From assembly GCA_038231435.1 (NCBI GenBank), contig JBBRLJ010000005.1:1-64000 (forward strand): a stretch of DNA of 64,000 nucleotides, written 5' to 3'. The notes under the pieces are model-generated. The model was not told the DNA's origin and did not search any database. It was given only the letters and a program-made list of their open reading frames with translations. Below are positions 45,216 to 58,407 of this stretch, one piece after another (within the stretch, counting starts at the first letter, position 1; every line of letters starts with the position of its first letter). This DNA is from Planctomycetota bacterium (GTDB lineage: Bacteria > Planctomycetota > UBA11346). A program made the position numbers and the translations under genes.

Positions 45216-47984
45216 ATGATCCGCACCTCAGCCTCCATTCAGCCGCGTACCTTCCCTGCTTCCATCAGCTTTGTCAGCTTCGTCGTCTTCATCCTCGTGG
45301 CCTGCGGCGCTCGGCTTCACGCAGCCGACGGGAAGGGCAAGGTCGACGCGCCCAATGGAGACGCCGCCGCGCCGACCTGGGTGTGGTGGGAAGCCGAGAG
45401 CCCGACCAAGACCAATTTCAACGGCAAGGGATTCGTCGCGAGCCAATGGCCGGCGACCAAGGAGGGCCTGAGCGGCGGCGACTGGATGACGACCAGCACC
45501 AAGCAGGGCGACGAGCCGCTGTTCGCGGCCTACGACATCGAGACCCCGGTCGAGGCGACCTACACCTTCTTCACCCGCAAGTTCTATTCGCATGGCCCGT
45601 TCCGCTGGAAGTTCGACGAGCAGGAATGGACGAAGTGCGGACGCGACATTTCTCTGCTCGACACCTACGAGCTGGCGAAATCCGTGTGCGCGAACTGGGT
45701 GAACCTGGGCACGGTCAAGCTCGCCAAGGGCAAGCACGCGCTACGCATCGAGCTCACCGACGTCGAGAAGGGCAAGGAGTCGCTCGCCTGCTTCGACTGT
45801 TTCCTGCTCAGCGCCAAGCCCTTCGCGCCCAGTGGCAAGCTCAAGCCCGGCGAGAAGAGCGGCCTGCACGAGGAGGGCTGGTGGGCCTTCGAGCCCGAGA
45901 TCGACGCCTTCCACAAGGAGTCGCCGATCGATCTGCGCTACCTCAACGAGAAGAACGCCGGTGACGCCGGCTGGGTCAAGGCCAAGGGCCTGGATTTCAT
46001 CGACGGCAAGGGCAAGCCCATCAAGTTCTGGGGCGTGGGCTGGTCGCGCACCACCGCGCGCCAGAGCCACGCCGAGATCGATTGGCTGGCCGCGAAGATG
46101 GCGAAGTCAGGCGTCAACCTGGTGCGATTCCACGAGAACATCTTCGACCAGAAATCCAATGACCCCTTCGCCATCGACGCCGCCTACCTGGACCAGCTGC
46201 ACTACTGCATTGCCGCCTTGAAGAAGCAGGGCATCTACGTCGACATCTCGTGGTACTACGTGCTCGGCTACAACGGCAACCACGCCGCGCACGGTCTGCC
46301 CGGATACGACACGCTCAAGGGTGGCGACAAGGGTCACCCGACCTTCGCGCTGATGTACTTCGATCCGCACATGCAGGACATGTGGCGGGCGTGGGCCAAG
46401 GCGATGATGCTCTCGCCGAATCCCTATGACGGCTTGCCGATGGCCAAGGATCCGGCGGTGATGCTCTGCGAGGTCAACAACGAGGACAACCTGCTTTTCC
46501 ACACCCTCAATCCCGACGCCATCCCGAAGCCGTACTGGGACGAGCTCGAGAAGAAGTTCGGCGCCTGGCTGGCGAAGAAGTACGGCTCGCTCGACAAGGC
46601 CTTTGCCGATTTCCCCGGCCAGCACAACGGCCGCGACGACGCCGCCAAGGGCGTGGCCGAGGTGATGGGCGCGTGGAACATGTCCACCGACGGCGCGACC
46701 AAGTACGGACCCGACAAGAAGAAGCGCATGGAGAACCAGGTGCAGTTCCTGGCCGAGACTCAGCGCGATTGGTTCACCCAGGCGCGCGACTACTTCAAGA
46801 AGGACCTCGGCTATCCAGGGTTGATCAGTGCCAGCAACTGGTGCACCTGCGACGACCGCCTCTACGACAGTGTCGAGCGCTGGACCTACCAGGTCGGCGA
46901 CGTCATCGACCGCCATGGCTACTACGGCAAGGGAGACATGAGGGTGGGCGGCGATTTCCACATGATGAGCGCGCTCCTGGCGCCGCAGCACTCGTCGATC
47001 CCGCTGGTGCAAGAGGAGGGCTTCCCGCACATCCAGACCGAGATCAATTGGATCAAGCCCAACCCGAAGACCGTCGAGATGGCGTACCTGTGCAGCACCT
47101 ACGGTGCGCTCCAGGGCATGGACGCGTGGTACTACTTCTGCATCGGCAGCTCGTTCTGGCTCGCAGGCACCAGCAGCGGGCCGGTGATGGTGCCGTCGGT
47201 GATCCTGCAGCCTGCGTACGCGCTGCAGTTCCGCCGCCACGACGTGCAGGAGGCGCCGACGGTGGTGCACCAGGTGTTGCCGCTCGAGGGTCAGTTCGCG
47301 ATGCAGGGCTGCACCAAGTTCGGCGAGAACTCCGATAGCGCGGCTCAGCAGAAGGAGGGCCAGGCCGCCAACGGCCCGCTCGACCCGATGACCCCGTTCG
47401 TGGGCCGCATCACCCGCACCGTCGCCGAGAGCGCGAAGATCGCCAAGACCGACGTGCCGAAATCCGAGGACATCTCCACGTACATCGACCGTGACAAGAA
47501 GACCGTGACCTCGATCACCCACGAATGCCTGCTCGACTGGGGCAACGGCGTCTCGACCGTCAATACTCCGAAAAGCCAGGGTGCATGTGGCTTCCTGGCC
47601 AAGGTGGGCACCTACGCTCTCGGCGACGTGACCATCACCTCCAGGAACGAGTACGGCGCGGTGCAGGTCATCAGTCTCGACGATCAGCCATTGAAGACCT
47701 CGCGCAGGATTCTCATCCAGGCCTTCACCGAGGAGAAGGCCTACGGCTGGAAGTTCGAGCTCGCCAAGGACGACGCGGATCCAAATCGCAAGGAATACAA
47801 GGTCACCAACCAGGGCACCTGGCCGCTGAACATCCGCGACATCGCCTCGACGGTTACCTTCAAGGCCCCGTTCAAGACGGCGACGGTGCTCGATGAGAAC
47901 GGCGACGCGGTATCGAAACTGCCGGTGGCTGGGCTCGCGATCGAGCTTCCGGCGCATGCGCTGTTCGTGGTCATCGAGCGATAG
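45216..47984 (+). CDS. Large secreted GH5-like glycoside hydrolase with N-terminal CBM-like domain
   Basis: GVNLVRFH; GIYVDI; EVNNED; IQTEINW. Confidence 0.75.
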   Translation: MIRTSASIQPRTFPASISFVSFVVFILVACGARLHAADGKGKVDAPNGDAAAPTWVWWEAESPTKTNFNGKGFVASQWPATKEGLSGGDWMTTSTKQGDEPLFAAYDIETPVEATYTFFTRKFYSHGPFRWKFDEQEWTKCGRDISLLDTYELAKSVCANWVNLGTVKLAKGKHALRIELTDVEKGKESLACFDCFLLSAKPFAPSGKLKPGEKSGLHEEGWWAFEPEIDAFHKESPIDLRYLNEKNAGDAGWVKAKGLDFIDGKGKPIKFWGVGWSRTTARQSHAEIDWLAAKMAKSGVNLVRFHENIFDQKSNDPFAIDAAYLDQLHYCIAALKKQGIYVDISWYYVLGYNGNHAAHGLPGYDTLKGGDKGHPTFALMYFDPHMQDMWRAWAKAMMLSPNPYDGLPMAKDPAVMLCEVNNEDNLLFHTLNPDAIPKPYWDELEKKFGAWLAKKYGSLDKAFADFPGQHNGRDDAAKGVAEVMGAWNMSTDGATKYGPDKKKRMENQVQFLAETQRDWFTQARDYFKKDLGYPGLISASNWCTCDDRLYDSVERWTYQVGDVIDRHGYYGKGDMRVGGDFHMMSALLAPQHSSIPLVQEEGFPHIQTEINWIKPNPKTVEMAYLCSTYGALQGMDAWYYFCIGSSFWLAGTSSGPVMVPSVILQPAYALQFRRHDVQEAPTVVHQVLPLEGQFAMQGCTKFGENSDSAAQQKEGQAANGPLDPMTPFVGRITRTVAESAKIAKTDVPKSEDISTYIDRDKKTVTSITHECLLDWGNGVSTVNTPKSQGACGFLAKVGTYALGDVTITSRNEYGAVQVISLDDQPLKTSRRILIQAFTEEKAYGWKFELAKDDADPNRKEYKVTNQGTWPLNIRDIASTVTFKAPFKTATVLDENGDAVSKLPVAGLAIELPAHALFVVIER

Positions 47985-48248
47985 GCCGTCACCCGCCGTC
48001 TCCTGCCCCGCGCCAACCCGCGCTGGCAGTTGGGCAGGCAGCGAGCGGCCGCGTTGCCATCTGCTCACCGTCGCGCCTGGAAAGCACGGAGGTGTCGAGA
48101 ACGATCATGGTGTACCCGACCCGCACGCGCGGGCGGGCTCATCGCGTGCCTGGATCCGGAATCGTCGCTATGATGTTCGGCGAACTCCGGCATCCGTCCG
48201 GGGCCGGCGCGCTCGCCGCACGCCGCTGACGCCGCAACGAAAGACCGC

Positions 48249-49145
48249 ATGGGTATCCTCGATCGCGCTATCGATCTGCTCGTGCGCGCCACACGTGGAA
48301 TCCCACCGGGCCTGGCCTGGACGGTGGGAGGCGCCATCGGCGAGATATTCTCGGTGCTGCCGATGCGCGATCCGCGACGCTGCCGCGAGCATCTCGCGAA
48401 AGCCTATCCGGCCAGCGACTCCGCCTGGATCACGAACACGGCGAGCAGGTGCTTCCGCCACATGGGCTCGATGGCGCTGTGGTCGATCGCGGTGATGGGC
48501 CGCGATGCGCGCTCGCTACGCCGTGGCGTGATGGTCGAGGGAGCCGACAACGTGCGCGCCACGGTGCGCGCCTGCCGACGCGGCGAGGGCACGGTGGGCT
48601 TCTCGGGCCACTTCGGCAATTGGGAGCTGTTCGCGCGCGTCGGCCCGACGCTGTTCCCGGTGACCCTGGTCGGGCGCCGCCTGCGCAGTCCGCTCGCCGA
48701 CCGGCTGGTGCAGGCGGCGCGGCGCAGCGGCGGCGCCCGCGTCGTCTACCAGGACGAGGACATCCGCGTCGCCCTGCGCGAACTGCGTTCGGGCCGCATG
48801 CTCGGCGCACTCGCCGATCAGGACGTGCCGCGCCTCGCCGGAGTGTTCGTGCCGTGGTTCGGCGAGGACGCCTACACGCCATCCGGCCCGGCGATGCTCG
48901 CGCTGATGTCCGGCGGCGCCGCGCAGCCGGTCTTCCTCTACCGCCGCGGCTCGCGTTGGGTCATGCACTTCGGCCCGCGCCGCATCTTCCCGCGCACCGC
49001 CGACCGCGCCGCCGACGTCCGCGCCATCACCGCCTGGGCGATGGCCTACGAGGAGCGCCTGGTGCGCGGTTCGCCGCATCAATGGGTGTGGTGGCACCGC
49101 CGCTGGAAGACGCGGCCCGAGGACGTCGCGGCGCGAGTGGCCTGA
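48249..49145 (+). CDS. Lipid A lauroyl acyltransferase family (LpxL/HtrB-like)
   Basis: GHFGNWE; LADQD; WVWWHRRWK. Confidence 0.9.
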   Translation: MGILDRAIDLLVRATRGIPPGLAWTVGGAIGEIFSVLPMRDPRRCREHLAKAYPASDSAWITNTASRCFRHMGSMALWSIAVMGRDARSLRRGVMVEGADNVRATVRACRRGEGTVGFSGHFGNWELFARVGPTLFPVTLVGRRLRSPLADRLVQAARRSGGARVVYQDEDIRVALRELRSGRMLGALADQDVPRLAGVFVPWFGEDAYTPSGPAMLALMSGGAAQPVFLYRRGSRWVMHFGPRRIFPRTADRAADVRAITAWAMAYEERLVRGSPHQWVWWHRRWKTRPEDVAARVA

Positions 49146-49169
49146 GCGACAGCGACCCCACGCCGGCGA

Positions 49170-52166
49170 TCAGCCGCGTCGACGCCGCCGCGCGCCGAGC
49201 ATACGCCCCAGCCCTGTTCCCATCCAGAGCCCGAGTCCCATGACCAGAACCGCCAGGCCCGAGCCCGGTCCGCACGAGCGTCCGGACGCGGCCGTCGGAG
49301 CCGCGCCCGAACCACCCGCGGTGCCCGCGCCAGAGAGCCAGGTAACCTGGTTGTCGCTCGTGGTCGCGGCGAACGAGGGCAGGCCAGAGTTGCTGGCGGC
49401 GCCGAGGGGGATGGCGGCGATCACCGTTCCGGCCGAACTCATCCCGGTGACCAGCACGGTGTAGTCGGTGCCCGCGCCGATAACGGTCGCGGCCAATGGG
49501 CCGCCGGCGGTTCCGGAGAGCAGCAGATCGGCGGCCGAGAAATCGCTGACCGCGGCGCTGAAATGCACGCTGAAGAGGATCACCGGCGCACGCGTCGGAT
49601 CCGGCTGGCTCGGATGCTGGTCGATGGTGACGGTCGGGCTGCCGACGCCCGGAGGCACGAAGGTGACGGTGTTGTCGGTGCTGGTGCTCACCGCCGAGGG
49701 ATGGCCGTTGGCCAGGGCGGCGTCGGCGGGGATGCTCGCGACCACCGTTCCGCCGCTGGTCATGCCGCTGACGTTCACCGTCCAGGTGGTCCCGCTACCA
49801 CTGACCACTGCGCTGAATGGGCCGCTGGCGGTGCTGCCCGCGAAACTCAGGTCTGCGCCGCTGAATCCACTGACCGGAGAGCTGAACATCACCGTGAACA
49901 CCAACGGACTGCTGATCGCTGGGTCCGCCTGTCCGCCAGCCTGGTTGATGGTCACGCCCGGGCCTGCGCTGTCGTAGACGCGTGTGAACACCGCTGAATT
50001 GCAGGCGAAGCCGCCGGAGTTAGCTGCGCCTGAAGCGACTTCGACGCGAACGGTTCCCGGGTTCGTCGGCGTCAGCGTCGCGGTGTAGGTCGAGCCGCTG
50101 CCCGCGAAGCCACTGAGCGTGCCGTTGGTGACGGCGATGTCGCCCGCGGTGAAGTCACCGACCGCGGTGGAGAACGCGAACGTCAGGGGGATGGCTCGCG
50201 AGTGCGTGGGATCGGGCGCGCTGGACGCGATCGTCGCGATCAGTGAACTTTGGGTGAGCACGATCGGGGTCTCCGGGAAGCTGCCCACCGAGAACGAGCG
50301 CAGCGCCTGCGTGACATCGAGGAACCCGTCCTTGCGCACGCGGATGGAGCCGACCACCACGTTGCTGATCACCAGGCGGTACACGCCGTACGCGACCTCG
50401 GTGAAGGGCAAGGCGTCGGAGGCGTTGAGGCCGAACGACACGCTGGCGCCGGTGATTTTGCCGCCCGAGCCGTCGGTGAGCGTGACGTACGCGCCACCGA
50501 CGGTGAGATCGAGATCGGAATTGTTCACCAGCGTGAGGTGCACGTAGCCGAGCTGCCGGCCCGGCGTTCCGGGCGGGCTGAGCGAATAGGTGAACGAGTC
50601 GGTGGTATCGCCGCTGAAGGTGCTGACGCGGACACGCAGGATGCCAGACGGATCGGCCAATTGGGTTTCCGGTGTCGTGATCAGGACGCCGTCGACACCC
50701 CCAGAGACCTGCTTGATGCGCGTGTTGGCGCCGCTCGGCAGCGACACCACCCAGGCGTTTGCGCCGAGCGCGATGTCGACGAATTCGGAGGGCGGCGATG
50801 ACGCGGTGGTGTAATCGAGCCGGCCGTAGACCACCGGCAGCGAATAATTCGGCGGCTGCGCCCAGGCCACGGTGTTGTCGCTGCTCGTCGACGCCGCGCT
50901 CGGCTTGCCGCCGGCGGTGGCGGTAGCGGCATCGGCGGGAATGGTCGCGGTGATGGTGCCGGGGCCGGACATCCCCGACAGCGAGAGCGTGTAGCTCGCG
51001 CCGCTGCCGGTGAGGGTGCGGATGATCGGCTGCGGCGACGCGCTCGACAGCACCACATCGGATGCGGTGAAGCCGCTGACCGGCGCGCTGAAGGTGATCG
51101 CGAAATCCACCGGATACGTATTCGCCGGATCGGTTTGGCCAGGAGCCTGGTCGATGGTCACGGTCGGACCGCCCGCGTCAGGGGTGACGGTGATCAAGTT
51201 GGACGCGGCGTTGGCGATGCCGGCGGAGTCGCTGGCGACACCAGCGGCTACCGACACCTGCACGGTCGCGCCGGTGGGGATGATCTGCGCGAGATAATCC
51301 TGCGAGCCGCCGTCGAAGCTGAGCAGGGTGCCGCCGGTGACAGAGAGCTCGTTGGCGGTGAAGTCGTTGGTTGCCGCGCTCACCGGCTTGGCGAAGTGGA
51401 TCGCGATCGGGATGGGATTGGCGGCGGTGGTCGTCGCTGCGGTGGTCGAGAGCGTGACCGCGCCCGGCGTGGGATCGACCATGGTCACGGCTTGGCTGAA
51501 GAACAGCCCGGCGCGCACCGTGCCGGTGAAGCTCAGGGTGTTGTAGCCGCTCTTGGTCAGGACGATGGTGGCCGTGGTGTTGGTGCTCGAGGTGGTTGGG
51601 ATGCGGTACTGCCCGGTGCCGACCTCGGCCCCGGATACCGCGGCGCCGCCGAAAGTCAGGGCCGCTCCGGTGACCTTGGCGCCAGTCGCGAAATCAGTCA
51701 CGAACAGGTCGAGCACACCGGGATTCGCCGCGGTGTCGTCGCGGTCGATGCGCAGCGTGCACAGGCCGTAGCGGCGGTTCGGGTTGTTCACCGAATAGGT
51801 GTGCGTGTAGTCGATCGGGCTGTCGCAGAACACGAAGCTGACGATCTGGTCGGCGGGATCGTTGTAGATCTGCCAGCCCATGCGCCCGAGCGCGTCGTTG
51901 AGCGCCGCCGGCGGCGTGAACGACGAGCCGTTCTGGAGATGGAAGACGCCGCCGCTGGGATATGGGCCATCGATCACGAATCCGGTGGGCCCGCAGCTCA
52001 AGGTGATCGCCCGGAACAGCGACGTGGTGCCGACGCTGTTCACCGGCGTGTACGTGCCGTCGACATTCACCGGAGGCAGGGTCAGGTCGTAGCCTGCGGC
52101 CCGCGTCGCCATGAGCGAACCCAGGGCAAGCAGCGACAGCAGGGCGATGAGCAGGATGCGCGTCAT
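49170..52166 (-). CDS. Ig-repeat surface protein with C-terminal Cys-TM-Arg sorting signal
   Basis: Signal peptide; three PxVTIxQ..DP..SDNxV units; ends SCGPGSGLAVLVMGLGLWM..RRRRRG. Confidence 0.8.
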   Translation of the reverse strand: MTRILLIALLSLLALGSLMATRAAGYDLTLPPVNVDGTYTPVNSVGTTSLFRAITLSCGPTGFVIDGPYPSGGVFHLQNGSSFTPPAALNDALGRMGWQIYNDPADQIVSFVFCDSPIDYTHTYSVNNPNRRYGLCTLRIDRDDTAANPGVLDLFVTDFATGAKVTGAALTFGGAAVSGAEVGTGQYRIPTTSSTNTTATIVLTKSGYNTLSFTGTVRAGLFFSQAVTMVDPTPGAVTLSTTAATTTAANPIPIAIHFAKPVSAATNDFTANELSVTGGTLLSFDGGSQDYLAQIIPTGATVQVSVAAGVASDSAGIANAASNLITVTPDAGGPTVTIDQAPGQTDPANTYPVDFAITFSAPVSGFTASDVVLSSASPQPIIRTLTGSGASYTLSLSGMSGPGTITATIPADAATATAGGKPSAASTSSDNTVAWAQPPNYSLPVVYGRLDYTTASSPPSEFVDIALGANAWVVSLPSGANTRIKQVSGGVDGVLITTPETQLADPSGILRVRVSTFSGDTTDSFTYSLSPPGTPGRQLGYVHLTLVNNSDLDLTVGGAYVTLTDGSGGKITGASVSFGLNASDALPFTEVAYGVYRLVISNVVVGSIRVRKDGFLDVTQALRSFSVGSFPETPIVLTQSSLIATIASSAPDPTHSRAIPLTFAFSTAVGDFTAGDIAVTNGTLSGFAGSGSTYTATLTPTNPGTVRVEVASGAANSGGFACNSAVFTRVYDSAGPGVTINQAGGQADPAISSPLVFTVMFSSPVSGFSGADLSFAGSTASGPFSAVVSGSGTTWTVNVSGMTSGGTVVASIPADAALANGHPSAVSTSTDNTVTFVPPGVGSPTVTIDQHPSQPDPTRAPVILFSVHFSAAVSDFSAADLLLSGTAGGPLAATVIGAGTDYTVLVTGMSSAGTVIAAIPLGAASNSGLPSFAATTSDNQVTWLSGAGTAGGSGAAPTAASGRSCGPGSGLAVLVMGLGLWMGTGLGRMLGARRRRRG

Positions 52167-52218
52167 GGGTTCTCCGTCGTCCGGGTGACCAACAAGCCTG
52201 AATGGAAGCTGGTGCCGA

Positions 52219-53580
52219 TCAGAGATGCCAGGTGATGCCAGCGCGCACGGTCACGCCCAGCACGTTGGCGGTGCGGTCGAAGGGGGCGTCGACGCCTGCG
52301 CCGACGCCGCTGCCATAGCGCAGCTGCGCCGCGATGTCGTAGAGGATGGCGCGCTGGAAGACGCTCAGGCCGGCGGTGGCGCCGACGTACTGGTCGACGG
52401 TGGCGTTGACCAGCTCGGGATGCGCAGCGTCGGGCGCGGCGGTGACGCCGGGCAGGCCTTCGTACAGGAGCCCGCAGCGCGGCACCAACACCAGGCGCGG
52501 GAGCAGCCACACGTGCTCGTAGCCGACGCGCAGCGCGTAGCCGTCGGCGAACTTCCCGGGCGCAACGAATGGGCTGATCGGGCTGGTGACCGACGTTCCG
52601 TCGTCCAGGCGCAGCGCGCTCCAGTCGGTCCAGGTCACATCGACCGCGATGGTGTGGCGATCGTTCGGGCGCCATGCGGTGGCGATGGTCGCGCTGCTCG
52701 GGTAGGTGTAGGTCGCACCGCGGCGGGTCGAGGTCGCGGTGGAGCTGGTGACCGCGCCGGTGCCGGCGTCGCGGAACTCGCGCGCGTCGCTCTTGGCGAT
52801 CGACAGGTGCAGATCGTACTGCGGCTTCACCGTGGCGGCGAGAGTCCATTCCGCGTTCACGTGCCAGAGCGCGCCGAGCACCGCGCTGGCGCCATGCTCG
52901 ACGGTGATGCGTTGGTGTTGCGCGGCGGTGAAGGTCTCGTCGCTGACGATCGACACGGGCGGGCCGCTGTCGATGGTGGTCAGGCGTCCGCTGCTCGCGG
53001 TGTCGCGGTCGTTGTGGCTCATGCGCGTGAGATCGTCATCCCACACCAGCGCCGACGCGCCCAGCGACAGGGTCGGAGCCACATCGGCGGCGTAGCTCAC
53101 GCTCCAGCTCGACCACGCGCCACGGTTGCGGATGCGGTTGTCGGAGAAGCCCTGGGTGGTCAGCGTCGGCCCGACATCCTGGAACACCTGGTGGCTGCCG
53201 GTGGCGCGCGTGAAATCGAACTGGCGTTGCCAGGCCAGACCCACGGTCTGCTGGGTGCCGAGCACGAAGAACGGCAGAACCACGCTGGCGTGGTCGAGCG
53301 CCGCGTCGCCCTGGGTCTCCTTCGAGCCGCCGGAAGCCGTCGAACGCGCGTAATAGCCGATGTTCAAGGACAGCTCCGGACGCTCGAGCTGGGCCATGCC
53401 CGCGGGATTCCAGGTGTTGGCGGTGGCGTCGTCGGCGATGGCGGTGAACGCCCCACCCATGCCCAGCGCGCGCGCGCCAGCGCCGATCGGGATCGGGCTG
53501 CCGTCGAAGGGCACCACGGTGACGTCGACGCCCGATGCGACCCCCGCCGTGATGCACGCGATCAGCATCGACAGGAGCAT
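52219..53580 (-). CDS. FadL/OmpP1/PorV-like outer-membrane barrel
   Basis: GAGARALGMGGAFTAIADDATANTWNPAG. Confidence 0.85.
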   Translation of the reverse strand: MLLSMLIACITAGVASGVDVTVVPFDGSPIPIGAGARALGMGGAFTAIADDATANTWNPAGMAQLERPELSLNIGYYARSTASGGSKETQGDAALDHASVVLPFFVLGTQQTVGLAWQRQFDFTRATGSHQVFQDVGPTLTTQGFSDNRIRNRGAWSSWSVSYAADVAPTLSLGASALVWDDDLTRMSHNDRDTASSGRLTTIDSGPPVSIVSDETFTAAQHQRITVEHGASAVLGALWHVNAEWTLAATVKPQYDLHLSIAKSDAREFRDAGTGAVTSSTATSTRRGATYTYPSSATIATAWRPNDRHTIAVDVTWTDWSALRLDDGTSVTSPISPFVAPGKFADGYALRVGYEHVWLLPRLVLVPRCGLLYEGLPGVTAAPDAAHPELVNATVDQYVGATAGLSVFQRAILYDIAAQLRYGSGVGAGVDAPFDRTANVLGVTVRAGITWHL

Positions 53581-53608
53581 CGCACCATAGGCGCGATGGG
53601 GCGGCACT

Positions 53609-53838
53609 CGACACAGCCCTGGGGTAGGCCCGCAGGGCCGTAGGGGCGAAGCCCCTGAACAGAAAGCAGGGGGCCCCATCGCCCCGCGATGGGGCGGGCG
53701 CCGAGAGGCGGTGGGCGGATACCATGGGCGAAGCCCATCCGCCCACGGTTTCGCCGGCCCTGCCGGCGAAACCGAGCCACGACACAGCCCGGGGGTAGGC
53801 CCGCAGGGCCGTAGGGGCGAAGCCCCTGAACAGAAAGC
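53609..53838. repeat. REP/BIME-like composite repeat
   Basis: 59-bp direct repeats at 53609-53667 and 53780-53838 (one mismatch) with GTAG-hairpins, enclosing three further hairpins. Confidence 0.85.
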
Positions 53839-53843
53839 TCTCC

Positions 53844-55669
53844 TCATTCGCTCACCACGGTGCCGCCAGCGGCAGCGGCGCCATCGACGCGTTTCAGGCG
53901 CGCGCGGCGGTCGTCGACCTTGTCGACCTCGAGCGTGCCCTGCACGCGCTTCTCGCCCGGCAGCAGCACGCGGCCAGTGGCGGGATCGACCACGTCGGCA
54001 TCGGCCTTCATCGCGAAGAAGCGCATGCGCCCGACCACGCCGGCCTGGCGGCCGCGATCGATGATCGGTACGCCGCCGTCGCCCGCGGCGAGCGTGCCCT
54101 GCAGCACCGGGAACTCCTGGCGCAGCCGGCCCGCGACCATGGCGAAGAACGCCTGCTCCTGCGCCGGCGCCACCGCTTGCGCGTAGGCGTCGGCACTCGC
54201 CACCACCTGGCCGCTCTGCGCATGGACCAGGCGCACGAAGCATTCGACGTCGTCACGACCGCGACGCAGCGTGCCGGTGAGCACGTAGCGCGCCTTCAGC
54301 CGCTGACCGGCCTCGGCGGCGGTGAGGCGGTCGACCTGGCCAGCCTCGACCAGTTGCAGCTCGCGTCCAAGCAGCGTGTCGGCCTCGGCATCGATGATGC
54401 GGAAGCGACCATCGTCGCTCATCGAACTCAGCAGCTCGGGATCATCACCTGAGCGCACGCGGCCGCCGTCGCTCGGTGCCTGCAGCGGGATCACCAGCGC
54501 GGTCGCGCGCAGCGCGCGATCCTGCGCAGGCGTCGGCGCGACCTCGAGCGTGCGCGACTCGACCTGCGTCTGCGCCAGAACGGCATCCGCCGCGCCCGCA
54601 CGGCCGGTAGCCAGGCTGAAGCGCAGGGCGTGGGTGCCGGCGCTCAAGGGAACGGCGAGCGTGCCGCCCGCCTGGATGCCGGCGAGCTCCTGGCGCGCGA
54701 GCACCGTGCCGTCGCCATCGCTCACCGTCAGCGCGGCGACACCGTTGGCGGCCCGCGCGCTGAAGCGGTACCAGGCGCGGTCGCCGGAGATCTGCGCGCC
54801 ATCGCGCGGGCCGTCGAGGGTCAGCTCGGGCGCCGGGGGCGAGGGCAACGGCGTGACGAGCGTCACCAGAGCGACGCGCGCGGGCTGCGTCTGAGCGGTC
54901 GTCTCGGTGGAATCGGAGGAAGGAGCGAGGGTCGCCAGGCTCTCGCCCGGTGTCAGCGATACGCTGAAGGCGCCGTCGGGCGCGAGCGCCAGCGCGCGCT
55001 GGGAGCCATCGCCGGCGAGCGCCCACAACCCCTGGCCTGCGAGCGCCTGCAGGCGGCCGGTAACATCGAGCGCGCCGGCGGCGCCGGGCGCCACCTGCGT
55101 GAGGACCACGCTGCTCGCGACCCGTGGCGGCGCGGGCAGCTGGGCGGGCGCCACCGCGGGAGCGGCGGCGACGCCGCGCAGCGTGGCCAGGCGGGCGAGC
55201 AGGAACTCGGCCTTGGCGCTCGGCTCCTGGGACAGACTCAGGCGCAGCTCGCGTTCGGCATCGTCCAGGCGATTCTCCTCGATCAGCATCGCGCCCAGTT
55301 CGCGGTGCACGAAGCACTGCACGAAGTGCATGCCGTACGTGCGTGCGCGGCGGCTGTCTTCCTTACGCAGGCTGGCGGCGGTGAGGAGATCGGCCTCGGC
55401 CTCGGCCCAGAAGCCGCCCATCGCCCAGCTCACGCCGCGTTCGTAGTGCTGCCACCAGCGACCGCGGAACGGTGCGGTGGTGGTGCCGAAGGTGGCGCCG
55501 TCGACGGTTCGCGGCGCCGGTCCGCGGACCGCGCCGCAGCCGCTGATCGTAGCGATGGTGATGGCGAGCGCGCCGAAGCCCACGGCGATGAGCGCCGCGC
55601 GCGCTGTCGGCCCATGGGCGGACACCGGCATAGGCACCAGTCCGGTGGGGAGGGAAGTCTCGCGACGGT

Positions 55670-55673
<4 letters not shown>
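53844..55673 (-). CDS. TPR lipoprotein with C-terminal CsgG/FlgO-like domain
   Basis: Lipobox ISGC; RWWQHYERG..RARTYGMHF; ELQLVEAG..AAEAGQRLKARYVLTG..RLVHAQSG. Confidence 0.7.
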
Positions 55674-57685
<2,012 letters not shown>

Positions 57686-58360
57686 TGGAAGCTCCCGCGG
57701 CCGTGTGGATCCCCAGGCTACCCCCCGCCTTGTCAGCCACCACCGATTATGGGTTTTACTCGGGGGATATGCCGGACGGGCGCCTCATCACGAGCGACGC
57801 CGAGCGACCGACGGGGGGCATGGCTACCACGGGGGCCGCCGCGGACATCCCTTCCCCCTGAGTCGAGGTGCTGGCCTGCACCGGCGGCCCCATTTCGCTG
57901 TTCGCGGCGGACATCGACGCCACGGCGGAAGAGGTCCAGCGCCTGATTGGCCCGGCTCGCTCGTGGTGACCTGAGCCGCGCGCGAGGGGGCCGAGACTGA
58001 AGTGCGCGGCGATCGGAGGCCGCTCTGCCGGAGTTCCCAGACGCGCGCCTTCTCGGGCTGATCGTCATCATTCGCATTCCGTCTTTCGAACGTTGCAGGC
58101 ACAGGTTGCCATGGATGCCCGCGACGGCGGGCGCTACACGCCCTCGTGGCTCCCTCTCGATTCCTGGTCTGAGCGGTGGATAGCCGCTCCACGTTGCGTG
58201 CACCGTGGAACTGATCGCGGTACTTATCCTTGATCCGCATTCGAGAGAGCCGTTCCTCTGGAATGGTTTCCATGGAGGGTCTCCTTGGAACAGAGGCAAG
58301 GATTCTCAGCGAGAGACGTTCGTCATCCTCATTCTCAAGCGCGCCCCGACAAGGCCGCGC

Positions 58361-58407
58361 GGGGCAGGCCCGCACGGGCGGTAGGGGCGGAGCCTTTGAC
58401 TGATAGC
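58361..58407. repeat. Degenerate third copy of the REP-like unit
   Basis: GGGGCAGGCCCGCACGGGCGGTAGGGGCGGAGCC resembles the 53609 unit. Confidence 0.55.

Noticed and set aside
46107..48068. Long antisense ORFs (also 27165-29039, 52225-53643, 15739-16839, 25162-26688)
   Set aside because: Shadow frames expected from high-GC codon bias opposite well-supported genes
53609..53838. CRISPR array
   Set aside because: Only two 59-bp repeats with a 112-bp palindromic spacer, and no cas genes in the window
53581..54243. N-terminal extension of the FadL-like ORF with repeated peptide
   Set aside because: Read-through of the REP repeat and upstream gene; the signal peptide starts at 53580
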